The notes beneath the pieces are model-generated. The model had not been told where the DNA came from. It saw only the letters and a program-made list of their open reading frames with translations, and made no database searches. A DNA stretch of 64,000 nucleotides from an uncultured Planctomycetota bacterium (GTDB taxonomy: Bacteria; Planctomycetota; Planctomycetia; Isosphaerales; Isosphaeraceae): assembly GCA_963845755.1 (NCBI GenBank), contig CAWJTV010000026.1:163846-227845 (forward strand), read 5' to 3'. The stretch's first letter is position 1, and each line of letters starts with the position of its first letter. This document shows positions 10,774 through 20,365 of the stretch, piece by piece. The translations under genes were made by a program, and so were the position numbers.

Positions 10774-13700
10774 CTATGGTCCCGCTGGCTTCGGGGCCAG
10801 CCGCAGGGCGACCGGCCAGAAGTCCTCACCGCCAAAATAGGGCGAGATTTCGGGGTCCTCAGTCCAGAAGATGCCGTAATCCGTCACACCGTGCACAGGT
10901 GTGTCGTTATCGATAACCCCGATGTTCACCAGGAATTCGCTGCCGCTCGACGCCGGGACATACTCCGAGCCGTCTCGCGTGTCGATCAGGGCCAATGGGA
11001 TCTCGAACTCAATGATGTAACCGTCGGGAATGCGGGAGGTGCCCACTATCCAACCGGCGCCGGTGAGGTCACTCGGCTCGGCGTGGCGATGGCCATTCGC
11101 ATCGGCTACGAGAGAGAATCCCTCGCGATTGCCCACGTGACCGGTCAAGTAGGCGGAGACGGGCGTCAGGTCATTGGCCACCTGATCCCCGTTGATGAAG
11201 AGTTGGACCCCGTCGTTCCATTCGGGAGCGTTGGCATCCATTTCGCCGATGTCGACGAACTGGTCGCGAACCCGAAAGGCGAAAAAGAGCGACTGGTCGG
11301 TGTAAGCCGTGAAGACTCGGACGCTCAGATCGTCGGGCGTCTTGGAGTGCGACTTGCCCAGCCGGTGAGGCAATATAGGCCCATGATAAAGGCGACCGGG
11401 GTTGGCATCCCCTTCGAACGTGATCTCGATGCCGGGTCCGTACTCTTCGCCATCGATCCGGCCGTCGGCGACGGGGCTCATGGCCTGGTACGGCACTTCG
11501 ATCGTGAAGGTGGCGGGTGGGCGATCGGCCGGGCTGACCCCCGGGGCGAGGCCCGGCCACTGCCTGAGCAGGAGCTGAGCAATGCCACCCGTCTCGATGA
11601 CGTCTCTCTCCGTTGGGAGCTTCTTCCGGAGCCGAAGGGCCTCGACCCGGACCTGCTCCAGCAGGGGGCGCCTCGGCGAACCGGCCGTGGTCGCGGAGCA
11701 CCAGCGCCAGGTGAGTGCGGATCCAGAGGCCGGACGGGTCATCGACAGGGATCAGGCGGGGCCTCAGGGCCTCGACCCGCTGGAACTGAGACAAGGCCGC
11801 ATCTCGGTGATCAGACGCGTAAAGGTAACGAGCCAGATCGTTCCGGACTTCCAAGGCTTGCCGGCTCTCGGGCAAGGCATCGACCAGGGCGATGGCCTTC
11901 TCGGGTTGCCCGAGCATGCCGAGCGTATCGGCGAGCCAACCGGTCAGGGCGATCGTGGACTCGGCCTCCGGTCCCAGGTCGCGGCGCGACCGATCCCGCA
12001 TCCCCTCCAGGGTCCTCCGTGTCTCCTCCCAGTGTGCGCGGTCCTCCAGAGCCGAACGGAAATAGGCCCCGATCGATTGCCGAGCGAACGGATGCGCCAG
12101 GCCGAGGACGCGCACGCGGCCCTCCATGATACGCCGATTCATGTCACTCGCCCGGTCGAGCTTCCCCAAGGTGAAGTATATTGCGGCGAGGGTGTTCATC
12201 GCGCTGAACGTGTCGGGGTGATTCGGCCGATTCCGGAGTTCGATGGCGATGACCGGCTCGAGGAGCGCCGCCGCCTTCTCGAGGTTACCGACACCACTCC
12301 AGATCCGGGCGAGGTGGTTGATTACCTCAAGGGTCCTGGGATGCTCCGGGCCCGACACCCGCTTCCTGACCGCCAACAGGTCCTCGAGGCGGGCCCGGGC
12401 CTTGTCTTGGTCCAGGCCGGCGAGGGCCGCTGCCAGGACGCGCATCGTCTGGAGGGTCTCCTCATGCTCCGCTCCCAGCGCCTTGCGGGCGGTCGCCAAG
12501 ACGGGGTCCAGAAGTGTACGGGCTTTCTCGGATTGACCCTGTCGGTAGAGGGCCCAGCCCAGGGCATTCTGGGCGGCGATCGTCTCGGCGTGCTCCGGGC
12601 CGAAGCCAACCAGTCGCAGCTCGACGGCCCGCCGCGCGAGTTGTTCCGCCTTCCGATACTGGCCCAGTTCCTCGTAGGCTTGCCCCAAGGCATGGCGGAT
12701 CGCCGCCTCGATCAGACGCCGTTCGGCGAATATCTTGGTGACCTTCTCCTCGGCTCGGGCCAGGAGCTGGTCCACCGTCGGCACCGTCCCCTGGGCCCGC
12801 GACGGGCTGGCGGCGCCGATCACGTCGTTGATCAGGAAGTCGACGACCTCGCCGGCCTCGGTGGCGCGGCGGTCCGCCTCCTGGCGGGCGAGATCGGCCC
12901 GGTTCCGCTCCCGGGTCATCTCGACCCGTGCGGTCCGTTCGGCCTCCAGCCGGCTCTCAGCCAGCTCCTCGGCGCTCATCGCCCGGATGGCCTCCCAGGT
13001 GCTCACCGCCGTGCCGACGACCAGCGCCGACGCCACCACGGCCGCCGTCGCCAGCACCGCCCGGTTCCGCCGCGCGGCCTTCCGCAGGCGGTACGAGGCC
13101 GACGGCGGCCCGGCCTCCACCGGCTCATGATCCAGGTAGCGGCGCAGGTCGGCCGCCAGGGCGTTGGCCGTCTCGTACCGCCGGTTGCGGTCCTTCTCCA
13201 GGCACTTCATCACGATCCAGTCCAGCTCGCCGCGCACGGCCCGGTCCAGGTGACGAGAGTCGGCCTTGCGATTGACCGAGACGGTCGTCCACGTCGTGGC
13301 GAGTGAGCTCAGCCGCGTACTCGGCTTCGGCGGCTCTTCCTCGCGGATGATCCGCCGCATCTCGTCGAAGGCCGCCGTGCGAAACGTCTCCTGGTCGAAC
13401 GGGGTCGTGCCGGTCAATAGCTCATAGAGCAGGACGCCCAGGCTGTAGATATCGCTGCGGGTGTCCATGTCCATGCCCGAGAGGTCCGCCTGCTCCGGGC
13501 TCATATACAGGGGCGTGCCGATGAACTGCCGGAACGTGGTGTAGATCGTCCGCTCGGTGAGCGCCGCGCCGGTGGCCTTGACCACGCCGAAGTCGATGAC
13601 CTTGGGTACGGCGGCGCCGTCGATGACCGTCACCAGGATGTTGGAGGGCTTGAGGTCGCGGTGGATGATCCCCTTCTGGTGCGGCGTGCTGCACGGCACG

Positions 13701-14258
13701 GCAGACCAGGACGAACAGCTCGAGCCGCTCGGGGATGGGGAGTTGCTCGCGGTCGCAGTACTCGGTGATCGGGATGCCGCGGACCAGCTCCATGACGATA
13801 TAGGGGTGGCCGGATTCGGTGGCCCCGGCGTCGTAGACGCGGGCGATGTTGGGATGGTCCATCATGGCCAATGCCTGGCGCTCGGCCTCGAACCGGGCGA
13901 TGACCTGCTTCGTGTCCATGCCCGGTTTGATGATCTTCAGGGCCACTTTGCGGCGGACGGGGTGCATCTGCTCGGCCAGGTAGACGACTCCCATGCCCCC
14001 CTCGCCAATCTGCTCCATCAGCTTGTAGGGGCCGACGGTTGAACCCACCGGCTTGGCCGGACCGTGCTCAAGGCTGATGGTCGGGGATGCCAGGAATTGG
14101 CCCACGCGATCGTGCGCGGCAATCAGCGACTCGACCTGATGCCTCAATTCGGTGTCGGCCGCGCACGCACGGTCCAGATAGGAAGCCCGTTCGTCAGCCG
14201 AGGGGATCTCCATGGCCTCGCTGAAGATGGCTTCGATGCTGGCGATGTACACAGCCAT
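10774..14258 (-). CDS. Ser/Thr kinase - TM - TPR repeats - CBM9/DOMON-like C-terminal domain (frameshifts near 13685 and 11665)
   Basis: IGEGGMGVVY, VALK, HRDLKPSN, DFG, GTPLYMSPEQ; G.EHP.T TPR repeats; C-terminal DGRIDGEEY...YTDQSLFFAFRVRD...GYIIEFEIP. Confidence 0.88.
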
Positions 14259-14351
14259 GGCGAATCTACCCCATCGTTACGAGGATTCCTTGGCGCTCTA
14301 CAAGCCAGTGCGAAAAAACGCCTCGGATTGGCTCATCGGCTCTGAAAGAAG

Positions 14352-14930
14352 TCAGACGCTCGCGGTTGGCTCGTCACGTTCGACTTCGCGAAGCAACCAG
14401 GCCCGTGCGAAGGTCCACCAGCGCTTCGCGGTTGCCGGAGAGATCGCCAGGACCTGGGCCGACGCATCGATGGACAGCCCGGCGAAGAAGCGGAGTTTGA
14501 CCAACTCTGCCTTCTGGGGGTCCTCTGCGGCGAGCCGGGTCAGGGCCTCATCCAGGGCGAGCCACTGCTCGGGAGGGGCCTCGTCGACGAGATCCAGACC
14601 TTCGAGGCTCACCCGCACCCGTTCGCCGGAGTGCTTGACCGCCCGCTTCCGCCGGGCGTTCTCGATCAAGATTCGGCGCATGGCCTCGGCGGCCGCTCCG
14701 AAGAAATGGCCGCGGCTGTTCCAGCCGAATGCGGCGTCACCTCCGCCCACCAACCGCAGGTAGGCCTCGTGCACCAGAGCCGTTGCCTGGAGCGTTTGCC
14801 CGGGCTTCTCCTGGGCGAGCCTCTGGGCGGCCAGCCGGCGCAGCTCCTCGTAGACCAGAGGAAGGAGCTTCTCCGCCGCCTGAGGGTCTCCCTGCTCGAT
14901 TGCCGACAGGATGCAGGTTACGTTCGTCAT
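14352..14930 (-). CDS. ECF sigma factor, TIGR02999 / ECF43-like (kinase-associated)
   Basis: LLPLVYEELRRLAA...TLQATALVHEAYLRL...HFFGAAAEAMRRIL...KRWWTFARAWL; directly upstream of kinase. Confidence 0.92.
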   Translation of the reverse strand: MTNVTCILSAIEQGDPQAAEKLLPLVYEELRRLAAQRLAQEKPGQTLQATALVHEAYLRLVGGGDAAFGWNSRGHFFGAAAEAMRRILIENARRKRAVKHSGERVRVSLEGLDLVDEAPPEQWLALDEALTRLAAEDPQKAELVKLRFFAGLSIDASAQVLAISPATAKRWWTFARAWLLREVERDEPTASV

Positions 14931-15334
14931 CGATGTGGACACCTGTGTCCGTCCGGCTCTTGTCCCAGCCCGGCCCCGTTGCGATGTGGCGTCCCATTCC
15001 GGGCTGATCTCGGCGCGAGCGGCTTGTAACCAGTCTACCCCCCGCCTCTCAACCGGGATAGTCTCCGAGCATGCTCAATCCGCATGGGACACGACTCGGA
15101 CCGATCTTATCCGGATCAGAAATGAAGGCCGTGCTCCCGCCAGCGATTGCTCCCAATACTCGTGCGGACCCCCGCCCTCGGAGGGCGGCGGATTTCATGG
15201 CCGATCCGTATTAGCCTAGAAGCCTGCGATCCTTCGTTGCTGCCCTCTCGTCAAGCCCGCGTGGTCCGGACGTCCCGTAGACGACTGCCGGGGTCCGGTA
15301 GCCCAGAGATTGGTGTGGCCGCGCGTGGTTGTAA

Positions 15335-15454
15335 GAGTCTGTTCCCGAAGGGCAGGTCCGGGCGAGCGGGGGGCGTCAGCCCCCTGTCCGGTGAGCGACG
15401 GACCTCCAAGACAGCGGGCTGGCGCCCCCCTGCTCGCCCTTCCGGAACCGACTC
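15335..15454. repeat. 120-bp palindromic MITE/REP-like element, copy 1
   Basis: Ends GAGTCTGTTCCCGAA / TTCCGGAACCGACTC flanked by TAA on both sides; internal GGGCGAGCGGGGGGCGTCAGCCCCCTG hairpin. Confidence 0.8.
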
Positions 15455-15548
15455 TAAGAGGGGAAGCGAATCGGGTGGGCCTCACCTCGATGAATCGAGG
15501 CTCGACCTACCCTACAGCCTAGACATGAATATTAGTATCAACCGCCCA

Positions 15549-16028
15549 TTAAGGTTCGGACTTGGCGGGCTCGAGGACGACGAGTATGTGGCCCGAGCCT
15601 TCCTTCGACGACGCCTCAGTAGGCCGATCGTCGCCCGGGCGGGCCAGGCAAATCGTGAGCCTCTTTTCCTCGAGTATGAGAATGCCTTTAAACACCTTGT
15701 CCTTGTCTCTTCCTTGCTTGGGCGTGAAGTCGATGTGAATTGGCTTCTTGCTCGTATCGACCTTGTACGTGCCCTCCTGCTCCTCGCCGTTATGCTCCTC
15801 GAGAAGGAACTCGCCTTTGGCCAATCGGACTTTGTCCCCCTTCATGTCTTGTTCATCACCGTTGACCGTTCCCGAGACAACCATCCATTGACCTTCGAAC
15901 TTGGCCGTCTTCTCCGTTTTCACCTGCGTCACGGGAATCGGATCGGAGTTGCCGCCTTGGGAGCTCGGTGCATTCGCGACCGCAAGTATCCCTGCCACCA
16001 GACCACCCGCCATCCGGAACCGCTGCAT
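15549..16028 (-). CDS. TIGR03067 planctomycete domain secreted protein
   Basis: Signal peptide; FEGQWMVVS...GTYKVDTSKKPIHIDF...GILILEEKRLTICLA...RPT; GGAGG RBS. Confidence 0.85.
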   Translation of the reverse strand: MQRFRMAGGLVAGILAVANAPSSQGGNSDPIPVTQVKTEKTAKFEGQWMVVSGTVNGDEQDMKGDKVRLAKGEFLLEEHNGEEQEGTYKVDTSKKPIHIDFTPKQGRDKDKVFKGILILEEKRLTICLARPGDDRPTEASSKEGSGHILVVLEPAKSEP

Positions 16029-16216
16029 GGTAAAACCTCCGAAAACGACAAGGCTGTGCCACTGTCTCGTGTCCTGGTTAACATGGCAACCCAATGCCAT
16101 GCCCAAGCAGATGGATCATTCGTAAAGCGTCGCCGTTCTCCCACCATCTGTGAGCGACTTCGAGGGCCAGGGTGAGTTCCCTGTCCCTTCTCGCCAGCCA
16201 TTCCTCAATGGTCTAA

Positions 16217-16337
16217 GAGTCTGTCCCAGAAGGGCGAGCGGGGGGCGTCAGCCCCCTGTCCGGTGAGCGGACGGCCCTCGAAGACAGGGGGCTGACGCCC
16301 CCCGCTCGCCCGGACCGGCCCCTTCTGGGACAGACTC
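16217..16337. repeat. 121-bp palindromic MITE/REP-like element, copy 2
   Basis: Perfect ends GAGTCTGTCCCAGAAGGG / CCCTTCTGGGACAGACTC; same internal hairpin as 15335-15454. Confidence 0.82.
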
Positions 16338-16550
16338 AAACAGATCGGATGGTCGGGGACCGCTCCTTGGCGCCAATCCGTGGCCGACATTTCCAACTGT
16401 AAGGGAAAACTTGTCGGCTCACAGGCCAACTTGTCTATCTGGTCTTTCGCTGACGATGACTTGTTCTTGGGCGTCCGCCCCAAGAAACTCCCGTTATCTT
16501 AACCTGGGTCAGCAAACCAACGGGCAATAGCCGGCCTGAACGCTGCCGGA

Positions 16551-16676
16551 TCAGCCGCGGGCGATATAGAGCGTGTGCCCTGCCTTGACGCGAGTCAAAG
16601 TACGGACCCAGGGGCTCTCTGTTTCATCGACATGGCGTTTGACCAGGCCGGTGGAGTCGAAGAAATAGACCGCCAT
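16551..16676 (-). pseudogene. Truncated PIN-domain (VapC-like) toxin
   Basis: MAVYFFDSTGLVKRHVDET... stops after 41 aa; starts immediately after the antitoxin stop. Confidence 0.75.
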
Positions 16677-16677
16677 G

Positions 16678-17013
16678 TCAGCGGCGCTCGCGGATGATGG
16701 TCTCGGAGAGAGGTTCCCCCTTGATGGTGACCGGCTGGTCGTCGGGATCGTCGAAGTCGGCGGCCGTGTCCGGGAGCTGGCTCATCAGGCCGATCTTCAG
16801 CAGGTGTTGGTCGAATTCCGCCTCGGTCATCTTCTTCTTCGGCGGAGCGTCCTTGTGGCGCTTGACGCGTTTGGCCGGTGCGGCTTTTCCCGGCGTGTCC
16901 TGGCGGAGCCGGGTGAGGGCGTCGCGGATCACGTCCTCCTCGCGGGCGTAGCGTCCGGCGCGCACCGCGTCGTGGACGAACCGCTCCAGGTCTTTAGATA
17001 AATGAATCTTCAT
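16678..17013 (-). CDS. Antitoxin with ParD/CopG-like ribbon-helix-helix N-terminus
   Basis: MKIHLSKDLERFVHDAVRAGRYAREEDVIRDAL; C-terminal GEPLSETIIRERR typical of VapB-type antitoxins. Confidence 0.82.
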   Translation of the reverse strand: MKIHLSKDLERFVHDAVRAGRYAREEDVIRDALTRLRQDTPGKAAPAKRVKRHKDAPPKKKMTEAEFDQHLLKIGLMSQLPDTAADFDDPDDQPVTIKGEPLSETIIRERR

Positions 17014-17034
17014 AGTATGATGTTACTGTGGCTT

Positions 17035-17063
17035 AGATTACCACGACGGCGGGCGTTTGCCAA
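17035..17063 (-). promoter_or_regulatory. Sigma70-type promoter (copy 2 of shared motif)
   Basis: TTGGCA-17 bp-TAATCT, 21 bp upstream of ATG 17013. Confidence 0.7.
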
Positions 17064-17175
17064 GTCGTATCGACCGGGCGGACGGTCAGGCATCGAGCTG
17101 GGGGAGGCATATCAAGGTGTCGCCGGTCAACCGAACATACATCAACTTATCAGATCTGGCAGCGGAAGCGGTCGG

Positions 17176-17583
17176 CTATAGCAGGATCGCAAACCCTTCA
17201 TACGTTAAATGATTATCATATATCAGGATTTCGCTGATCCCTTCCCGCCGCATTGCCCCCATCGAAATGCAGTCGGTCAGGCTGTATCCCTTGTCGGGGC
17301 GGGCTTGGTAGAGGGCGAATCCGGAAAGGAACGTCTGGTTAGACTGCGGATGAATCGAGACCGCCGGGTCAGTATGGAGGTCCCGGACAAGATCAACCGC
17401 TTCCTGCCGAAGCAGGCGACCGGCCTCGGAAAATGCGTTCAATACCCCGGTCAAGACTTCTTCGGTCGTGACCAGGTGGCATCCCGCGAGGGTACGGCTG
17501 GCTTGCACGGCGGCTTAGTGCCATTGGTCTTTGCGGTGAGTGATCGCAATCCAATAGAGCGTATCGACGAAGATTCGTCTCAT
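17176..17583 (-). pseudogene. PIN-domain (VapC-like) toxin with in-frame TAA at codon 23
   Basis: MRRIFVDTLYWIAITHRKDQWH*AAVQ...VTTEEVL...ARPDKGYSLTDCIS. Confidence 0.85.
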
Positions 17584-17900
17584 GCTGTAGGCCGCTTCGG
17601 CGTTCCATAAAGGTAAAGGTCATGCTGCCCGGCGAGGTCGGTGGGAAGTTTGTCCCATTCTTCGTCGGGAATGGCGGCAGATCTCTCCAGAATTCGCTCC
17701 CAGATTGGCTTCCGTGGCAAGGGGGTAGGCTCCTCGTTGGCTGCTGCCTGCTCAGGCACGGCATGGGCCTGTTCGTCCTTCAGGCGTTCGAGTAGAAGCG
17801 AAGCGGCTTTGGTCATAGCGTCATCGACCGACGCGAAATGTCCGCTATGGACGGCGGCCTGGATCGAACGTTCGATATGTGGAGGTAAATGGATAGTCAT
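17580..17900 (-). CDS. Antitoxin, RHH-like N-terminus
   Basis: MTIHLPPHIERSIQAAVHSGHFASVDDAM; C-terminal LPTDLAGQHDLYLYG; overlaps toxin start by 4 bp. Confidence 0.82.
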   Translation of the reverse strand: MTIHLPPHIERSIQAAVHSGHFASVDDAMTKAASLLLERLKDEQAHAVPEQAAANEEPTPLPRKPIWERILERSAAIPDEEWDKLPTDLAGQHDLYLYGTPKRPTA

Positions 17901-17921
17901 TAAGTTATGCTCCTTTGCCCT

Positions 17922-17950
17922 AGATTAGCATGGCCGGAGGTGTTCGCCAA
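17922..17950 (-). promoter_or_regulatory. Sigma70-type promoter (copy 3 of shared motif)
   Basis: TTGGCG-17 bp-TAATCT, 21 bp upstream of ATG 17900. Confidence 0.7.
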
Positions 17951-18046
17951 GTGGAGCGGTCAGGCGGGCCGATCGAAAATAACCGCCGCCGCTTCGGGTA
18001 AGTATGGTGTTATGTTCCCATTCCACGGGGAAATTAACGTCTTTCG

Positions 18047-18436
18047 TCAATTCGGCACGAGCAGCGCAGGGTCTTTCAGAGGGGGGTCGGGTTCGACGGA
18101 ACGCCAAGGATGGACGGCGGCGGCCTCGTATTTTCGCTGGAGCTGGTCCCAATAGTTCGACCAATAACGCGACAGGTCGGCCTCGCGGCGTTGGTTTGCT
18201 GCCGAGTCCTTCCAGGACAGATCGCCCTGGCGGATCTTCTCCTCGGCGTCATCCCTCATCAGTTCGTGGAGGTCCGCCGCGTCCGCACATGCCCTGGCCG
18301 TCGCCTCGTAGAGCGCCGCCCGTCGAAGACAGGAGGTTCGCCATCGCCAGCCGCGAAAACCAGCGAGTGCGAAGGCCACCAGGACCACCGAGATCATGGT
18401 TTGCCTTACCGTGAACCGCACGCGTCGCAACCGCAT
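18047..18436 (-). CDS. Planctomycete-type hypothetical membrane-anchored protein
   Basis: RFTVRQTMISVVLVA N-terminal motif and KYEAAAVHPWRSVEPDPP C-terminal motif. Confidence 0.7.
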   Translation of the reverse strand: MRLRRVRFTVRQTMISVVLVAFALAGFRGWRWRTSCLRRAALYEATARACADAADLHELMRDDAEEKIRQGDLSWKDSAANQRREADLSRYWSNYWDQLQRKYEAAAVHPWRSVEPDPPLKDPALLVPN

Positions 18437-18470
18437 GGGAAGCGGCCTCGAAAGGTGACAATGGCCCGGG

Positions 18471-18896
18471 TCAGGCACACCGCCGACGTGGGTATCGTCG
18501 CCGGTGCGGGTCGTATTTGAGCACGTAGGCCAGGCTTTTGCTGAGGCGGTCGCGGCCGCGGATGTCAGTCAGCGTCGTCCTCGGGTCGGCGTGCCCGACG
18601 AAGTCCTGCAAATCGATGATATCCGATCCCCGCTCGCGGGCGGTGGTGAGGGCGGTGACGCGCAGCGAATGGGCGGTGACGTTGGGGTCGAGGCCGAAGG
18701 CGGCAACGTAGCGGCCGATCCGCTTCTCAACCGCGCTGGTCGTCATCGCCTCGCGGCGGAAGCCGTCGCGGTCCTGGCCACGCGGCGAGCGGGCGGCGGG
18801 AAACAGCGGCCCGGTCGGATCGTCCTTGATGCCGGGCACCTGGCCTGTGAAGGCCGGGATCGGGTCGGCGGTGGCGGACGAGACGATCTCGCTCAT
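18471..18896 (-). pseudogene. Internally deleted tyrosine recombinase (paralog of 1965-3423)
   Basis: PIPAFTGQVPG joined directly to IKDDPTGPLFP; HSLR and GHADPRTTLT present but catalytic Tyr position is Asp. Confidence 0.88.
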
Positions 18897-19318
18897 TGGA
18901 CCTCCGGCAGTAGCGTGAGCGTGCGGTTCCTCTTGAGGCGGATGACCGAGAAACTCCGCCGGTCGGTGGTGAAGACGGTGCGGATGTTTTCCCGTTCGGC
19001 GAGGTGAGCGAGGGCGGCGTCGGCGAATTGCAGCCCGACATCCTCATAGCGACGCAGGATGGCGGCGATGGCGGGGAGGTCATCGGCATTCAGGGGCAGG
19101 ATGTCGAACAACCCGGCGGCCCGGGCGTCGTTGAGGCGGTCGGCGGGCCGTGGGTAGCGGCGGAGAATCCAGGCGGCTTCGATGAGCACCGGCCAGCAGG
19201 TCAAAAGCGGTGGCGACAGGCCGGCGAGGGTTTCGACGCATCGGCGATGGTAAGCGTCGTTCGCGGCCAGCAAGGCGACCAGGGGACCGGTGTCGAGCAG
19301 GATGCAGCGGTCAGTCAC
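18893..19318 (-). CDS. PIN-domain (VapC-like) toxin
   Basis: ILLDTGPLVA...TCWPVLIEA...FADAALAHLAERE...FTTDRRSF. Confidence 0.9.
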   Translation of the reverse strand: MTDRCILLDTGPLVALLAANDAYHRRCVETLAGLSPPLLTCWPVLIEAAWILRRYPRPADRLNDARAAGLFDILPLNADDLPAIAAILRRYEDVGLQFADAALAHLAERENIRTVFTTDRRSFSVIRLKRNRTLTLLPEVQ

Positions 19319-19562
19319 GCCCGAAGCCTTCCATGTGGGCGGGATGGATGCTCAGGTCGGACGGGCCGCCCTTGAACACGCCGATGATCCCGGCCCGTTT
19401 GGCGATGTCGTGGCACGATTCGCCGGGCATCCGCTTTTGCACGTGCTCCTCCAATGCCTGCCGCACGATCTCGGACGGGTTGCCGTTTTTCTCGCGGGCC
19501 TCGGCTTCCAGCGCTTGTTTGAGCCGGAGATCGACCCGGACGTTGATGCGTTCCATGAGCAT
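19311..19562 (-). CDS. CopG/RHH antitoxin
   Basis: INVRVDLRLKQALEAEA...SEIVRQALE; overlaps toxin start; TGTCTGAC direct repeats upstream. Confidence 0.85.
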   Translation of the reverse strand: MLMERINVRVDLRLKQALEAEAREKNGNPSEIVRQALEEHVQKRMPGESCHDIAKRAGIIGVFKGGPSDLSIHPAHMEGFGRD

Positions 19563-19861
19563 TCTCCATCGAATTCATCGTGTGTCAGACAGCATACCAA
19601 CACCGTCAGACAAAGCCGACCCTTTCATGCACGCGTGCGCCTGCCGATCGTTGGTTCGGATCGCCCGCGGCGTTCTCCGGACGAATCGCCCAAGCCGGCG
19701 TTTTGCCGACCCGTCCGCAGGTTGGTTTGCTGGGTGCGTGCAACGACGGATGTCAATTCTCTGGTAAAGGAAAAAAATGCCCTTTCTTTTCCCGTCCCCT
19801 GATTCGACAATCAGGCTACGGCGTTGACGGCACGTATCCTCGGATTCTTGAGGTCGATGCG

Positions 19862-20365
19862 ATGAACTTGCGGACACGAAAGGCATCCTGGTTCGTTTCG
19901 GGCTTGCTCCTCTTTGCCGTGGTGTCGGCCGGCTTCGAGGTGGTCGTGGCTCAGCCTAAGAGTGAGACTTCAAGTCCGGCGCTCGACACGAGCGAGGCAA
20001 CTTTTGAATTGGTGGGCGAAAATAAAATTGTAAATATAAACAATATTGCTTATACGAGCGATGAGGACAGATTGTTCGATATTTACTTTGCATGCTCATC
20101 CTCGAGAGGAGAGGATCCTTTGAGGTTAACCGACGCAAAGGATGTAATGCACGCGAAATCATATTTTAACGACGAGAAACGGTACGTCAAACACTTTGTA
20201 AAATTGAACAAGTACTGTATCAATGTGCGAAATATTGCGTACATCGAATCCAAGGGTGATTCAGTGATTGTAAGATTCAACGCTCGGATCTCGGATGCAT
20301 TTGTGAAGGTGACGTTATTTGGTGTTGATGCAGAAATGTTTAGGAAGAAAATGCGAGAGTTTTAA
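19862..20365 (+). CDS. Secreted hypothetical protein with two internal repeats, low GC
   Basis: Signal peptide then KIVNINNIAY / YCINVRNIAY repeats. Confidence 0.7.
   Translation: MNLRTRKASWFVSGLLLFAVVSAGFEVVVAQPKSETSSPALDTSEATFELVGENKIVNINNIAYTSDEDRLFDIYFACSSSRGEDPLRLTDAKDVMHAKSYFNDEKRYVKHFVKLNKYCINVRNIAYIESKGDSVIVRFNARISDAFVKVTLFGVDAEMFRKKMREF

Noticed and set aside
11582..13306. Long antisense ORFs (also 20397-21743, 30180-31691, 33714-35267, 61895-63586)
   Set aside because: Shadow frames of GC-rich genes on the opposite strand, with no recognisable motifs
15168..15198. IS200/IS605-like end hairpin (CCGCCCTCGGAGGGCGG)
   Set aside because: A single short GC hairpin with no tnpA/tnpB or partner end nearby
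15335..16337. CRISPR array
   Set aside because: Only two long palindromic copies separated by a gene; no regular repeat-spacer units and no cas genes
1965..20365. Integron or cassette array
   Set aside because: The integrase shows no IntI-specific insertion and no repeated attC-like sites were found between genes
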